Assembly: GCF_016433145.1 (NCBI RefSeq)
Contig: NC_058131.1
Location: 265,966,662 to 266,030,661, forward strand
Direction of reading: 5' to 3'
DNA length: 64,000 bases
Source of the DNA: Gracilinanus agilis
Lineage: Eukaryota
Each line of letters starts with the position of its first letter. Positions within the stretch are counted from its first letter, which is position 1. Positions 62,405 to 64,000 of the stretch are shown here, one piece after another. Both the position numbers and the translations under genes were made by a program. A model generated the notes under the pieces. The model was not told the DNA's origin and ran no database searches. It saw only the letters and a program-made list of their open reading frames with translations.

Positions 62405-62640
62405 CCTTCTCCAGATCATTTTACAGATGAGGAAATTGAGGCAAACGGGGCTAAGGGACTTGCCTAGGGTCACATAGCTAATTAATGTCTGAGGTCAAAT
62501 TTGAACTCCTGACTCCAGTCCTGGTGTTCTATCCACTGCCCCCCACCTGACTGTACCTCAGACTAGGGTCTGAGGCCAGATTTGAACTCACAAAGATGAG
62601 TCTTTCTGATTCTAAGCCCAAGGCTCTAGCCTCTGTGCCA
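62405..62640 (-). mobile_element. MIR/Mar1-like CORE-SINE
   Basis: CATTTTACAGATGAGGAAATTGAGGCAAAC...GACTTGCCTAGGGTCACATAGCTA. Confidence 0.7.
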
Positions 62641-63394
62641 CTTAGCTGCCCTGTTTAACTTTACTGGATCTCAGTTTCTCATCTATAAAGTAAGAGTATT
62701 CAATTTGATAATCTCCAAGTCATGGTGGTCGGCAAAGAATGGTTCTCTCCAGCTCTAAACTCCATGATTCTATAAGATAGTATTGCTTAATTACCCATAG
62801 AACTGTCAATGAATTTATGTTCTACAACAAAGTGATAGACAGAACAGATTAGCAAAATAATAATAGTTTTCATTTGTGTAGCTTTACAAAGTGCTTCACT
62901 CAAATCAGCCCTGAAAGACAAGAGGAAAGGTATTGTTTCCATTTTACAAATCAAGGAAATGAGGTCCAGAGATTTAATGGGACTCACCTAGGATCACAAT
63001 GGAATAAATACTAGAGCAAAGAGGGCTTCAGAGGCCAAGTCTAGGGCTCTAGCCATTTTAACAGCTTTTCTAATGCATTGAATTCATTTCAACAGACCAA
63101 GTATTAAGAGCCTACTAGGTATTAAGTGCCTTCTAGGCATTAAGGGAGATGAAAAGGTTAGCTAAAATACTGATTGTTTGGGTTGGAGCATATAGCATAG
63201 TGGGGAGATAACACAATGGGTAGTAAAGCACTAGATATAAACTTAAGTGAGATTTTCATTTTTACTTTAAATAACTTTTTTTAAAGGAATGGGAAAATTT
63301 ACACAATGAATGAAGTGCACAACTAGTTAAAGGGTTATATTCTCACAATTTCAGTATCCAAGAGAACATCATGGTGTTTGGCAGAAACTGGACT

Positions 63395-63545
63395 TTAAAA
63401 ATTATTTTTTTTACCAATTACATGTAATAACAAAATTTCACATAAGTTTTCCGAAGTTATATGATCCAAATTGTCTCACTTCTTTCTTTCCCTCTCCCCT
63501 TTCATGGAGCTGGCAAACAATTCTGATCTGGGTTATACAGATATA
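63395..63545 (-). mobile_element. L1 3' end fragment
   Basis: TTTTTACCAATTACATGTAATAACAAAATTTCACATAAGTTTTCCGAAGTTATATGATCCAAATTGTCTC is the reverse complement of the L1 tail seen at 49680-49850. Confidence 0.75.
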
Positions 63546-63749
63546 TAAAATCGCCTCATTGATGGACCAAAACCTAGTTAGTTACTAAGTTTTAAAATAC
63601 TTTCCACACCAAAATGTAAGGAATTAAATCAGGACAATGTTAGGGGATACCCTGGAGAAAGAAAGGCAAAGGTTAGAGCTGTAGAGTAAGAGAACACAGA
63701 AGAAAAGTCTCCAGGGGACAAGAGTGAAATATCTTATGGCAATGAATCA

Positions 63750-63945
63750 GCAATGCTGGGTTGCTTACAAAATGAAAAATCTATTGGGAATATAGGAAAT
63801 CAAAATGATAATGTAATACTCTTGTCATAGTCAGCACCATTCAGCCATTTCAGAAAATGTTAGTGTTCTGGCCCCCACAACTCAAGAGGTATATTTAAAT
63901 TTGGAAAAGGTTCAGGAGAAAAATAATAAAAGAAGTGAAAACCAA
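63750..63945 (+). mobile_element. Ancient CR1/L3 fragment
   Basis: Degenerate CR1 reverse-transcriptase C-terminal motif (TCAGCACC...GTTCTGGCCCCCACA...GGAAAAGGTTCAG). Confidence 0.5.
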
Positions 63946-64000
63946 TATCGATTTCCATGCCTTTCATAATTCACTTCACCAAAACATAAGACTTTATTTT

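Noticed and set aside
49313-64000. Search for STMN3 exon 1 (about 19 coding nt, MASTIS-like) and its promoter
   Set aside because: I found no matching ATG exon or CpG island; it is presumed to lie beyond the window end.
49313-64000. STMN2-like, TDP-43-repressed cryptic exon in STMN3 intron 1
   Set aside because: I saw no UG-repeat tract on the transcribed strand in the visible part of the intron.
1-64000. CRISPR arrays, prokaryotic defence or operon systems, tRNA/rRNA genes, NUMTs
   Set aside because: The sequence is clearly a spliced mammalian locus. The dispersed repeats are tRNA-derived SINEs with TSDs rather than spacer arrays or real tRNA genes, and I recognised no rRNA or mitochondrial sequence.

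Overview
Marsupial genomic DNA, most likely a didelphid opossum such as Monodelphis domestica. The assignment is inferred from about 17 copies of a tRNA-headed CORE-SINE ending in AAGGGTTTAAAAA, RTE-tailed Mar1 SINEs, opossum-type L1 3' ends and strong CpG depletion. The window holds two minus-strand spliced genes, in the order I recall for human 20q13.33. GMEB2 (SAND-domain transcription factor) has a CpG-island promoter and probable non-coding exon 1 near 35.0-35.2 kb, plus coding exons 2-6 (codons 1-206); its later exons lie left of the window. STMN3 (stathmin-3/SCLIP) has coding exons 2-5 including the stop codon; exon 1 was not found and presumably lies right of the window. All nine coding exons were located by translation and have GT-AG boundaries with consistent phases. 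The rest is largely transposon-derived: SINE1, Mar1, MIR, L2, L1, CR1/L3, RTE, an ERV1-type solo LTR and hAT MITEs. No prokaryotic-type system, CRISPR array, rRNA or tRNA gene is supported. The best leads are unannotated splicing options read from the sequence: a 4-nt neural-type microexon or alternative acceptor before the last STMN3 exon, a phase-compatible alternative to GMEB2 exon 5, several poison-exon or recursive-splice candidates in GMEB2, an antisense solo-LTR promoter, and a possible divergent lncRNA. All are hypotheses needing RNA-seq or alignment.
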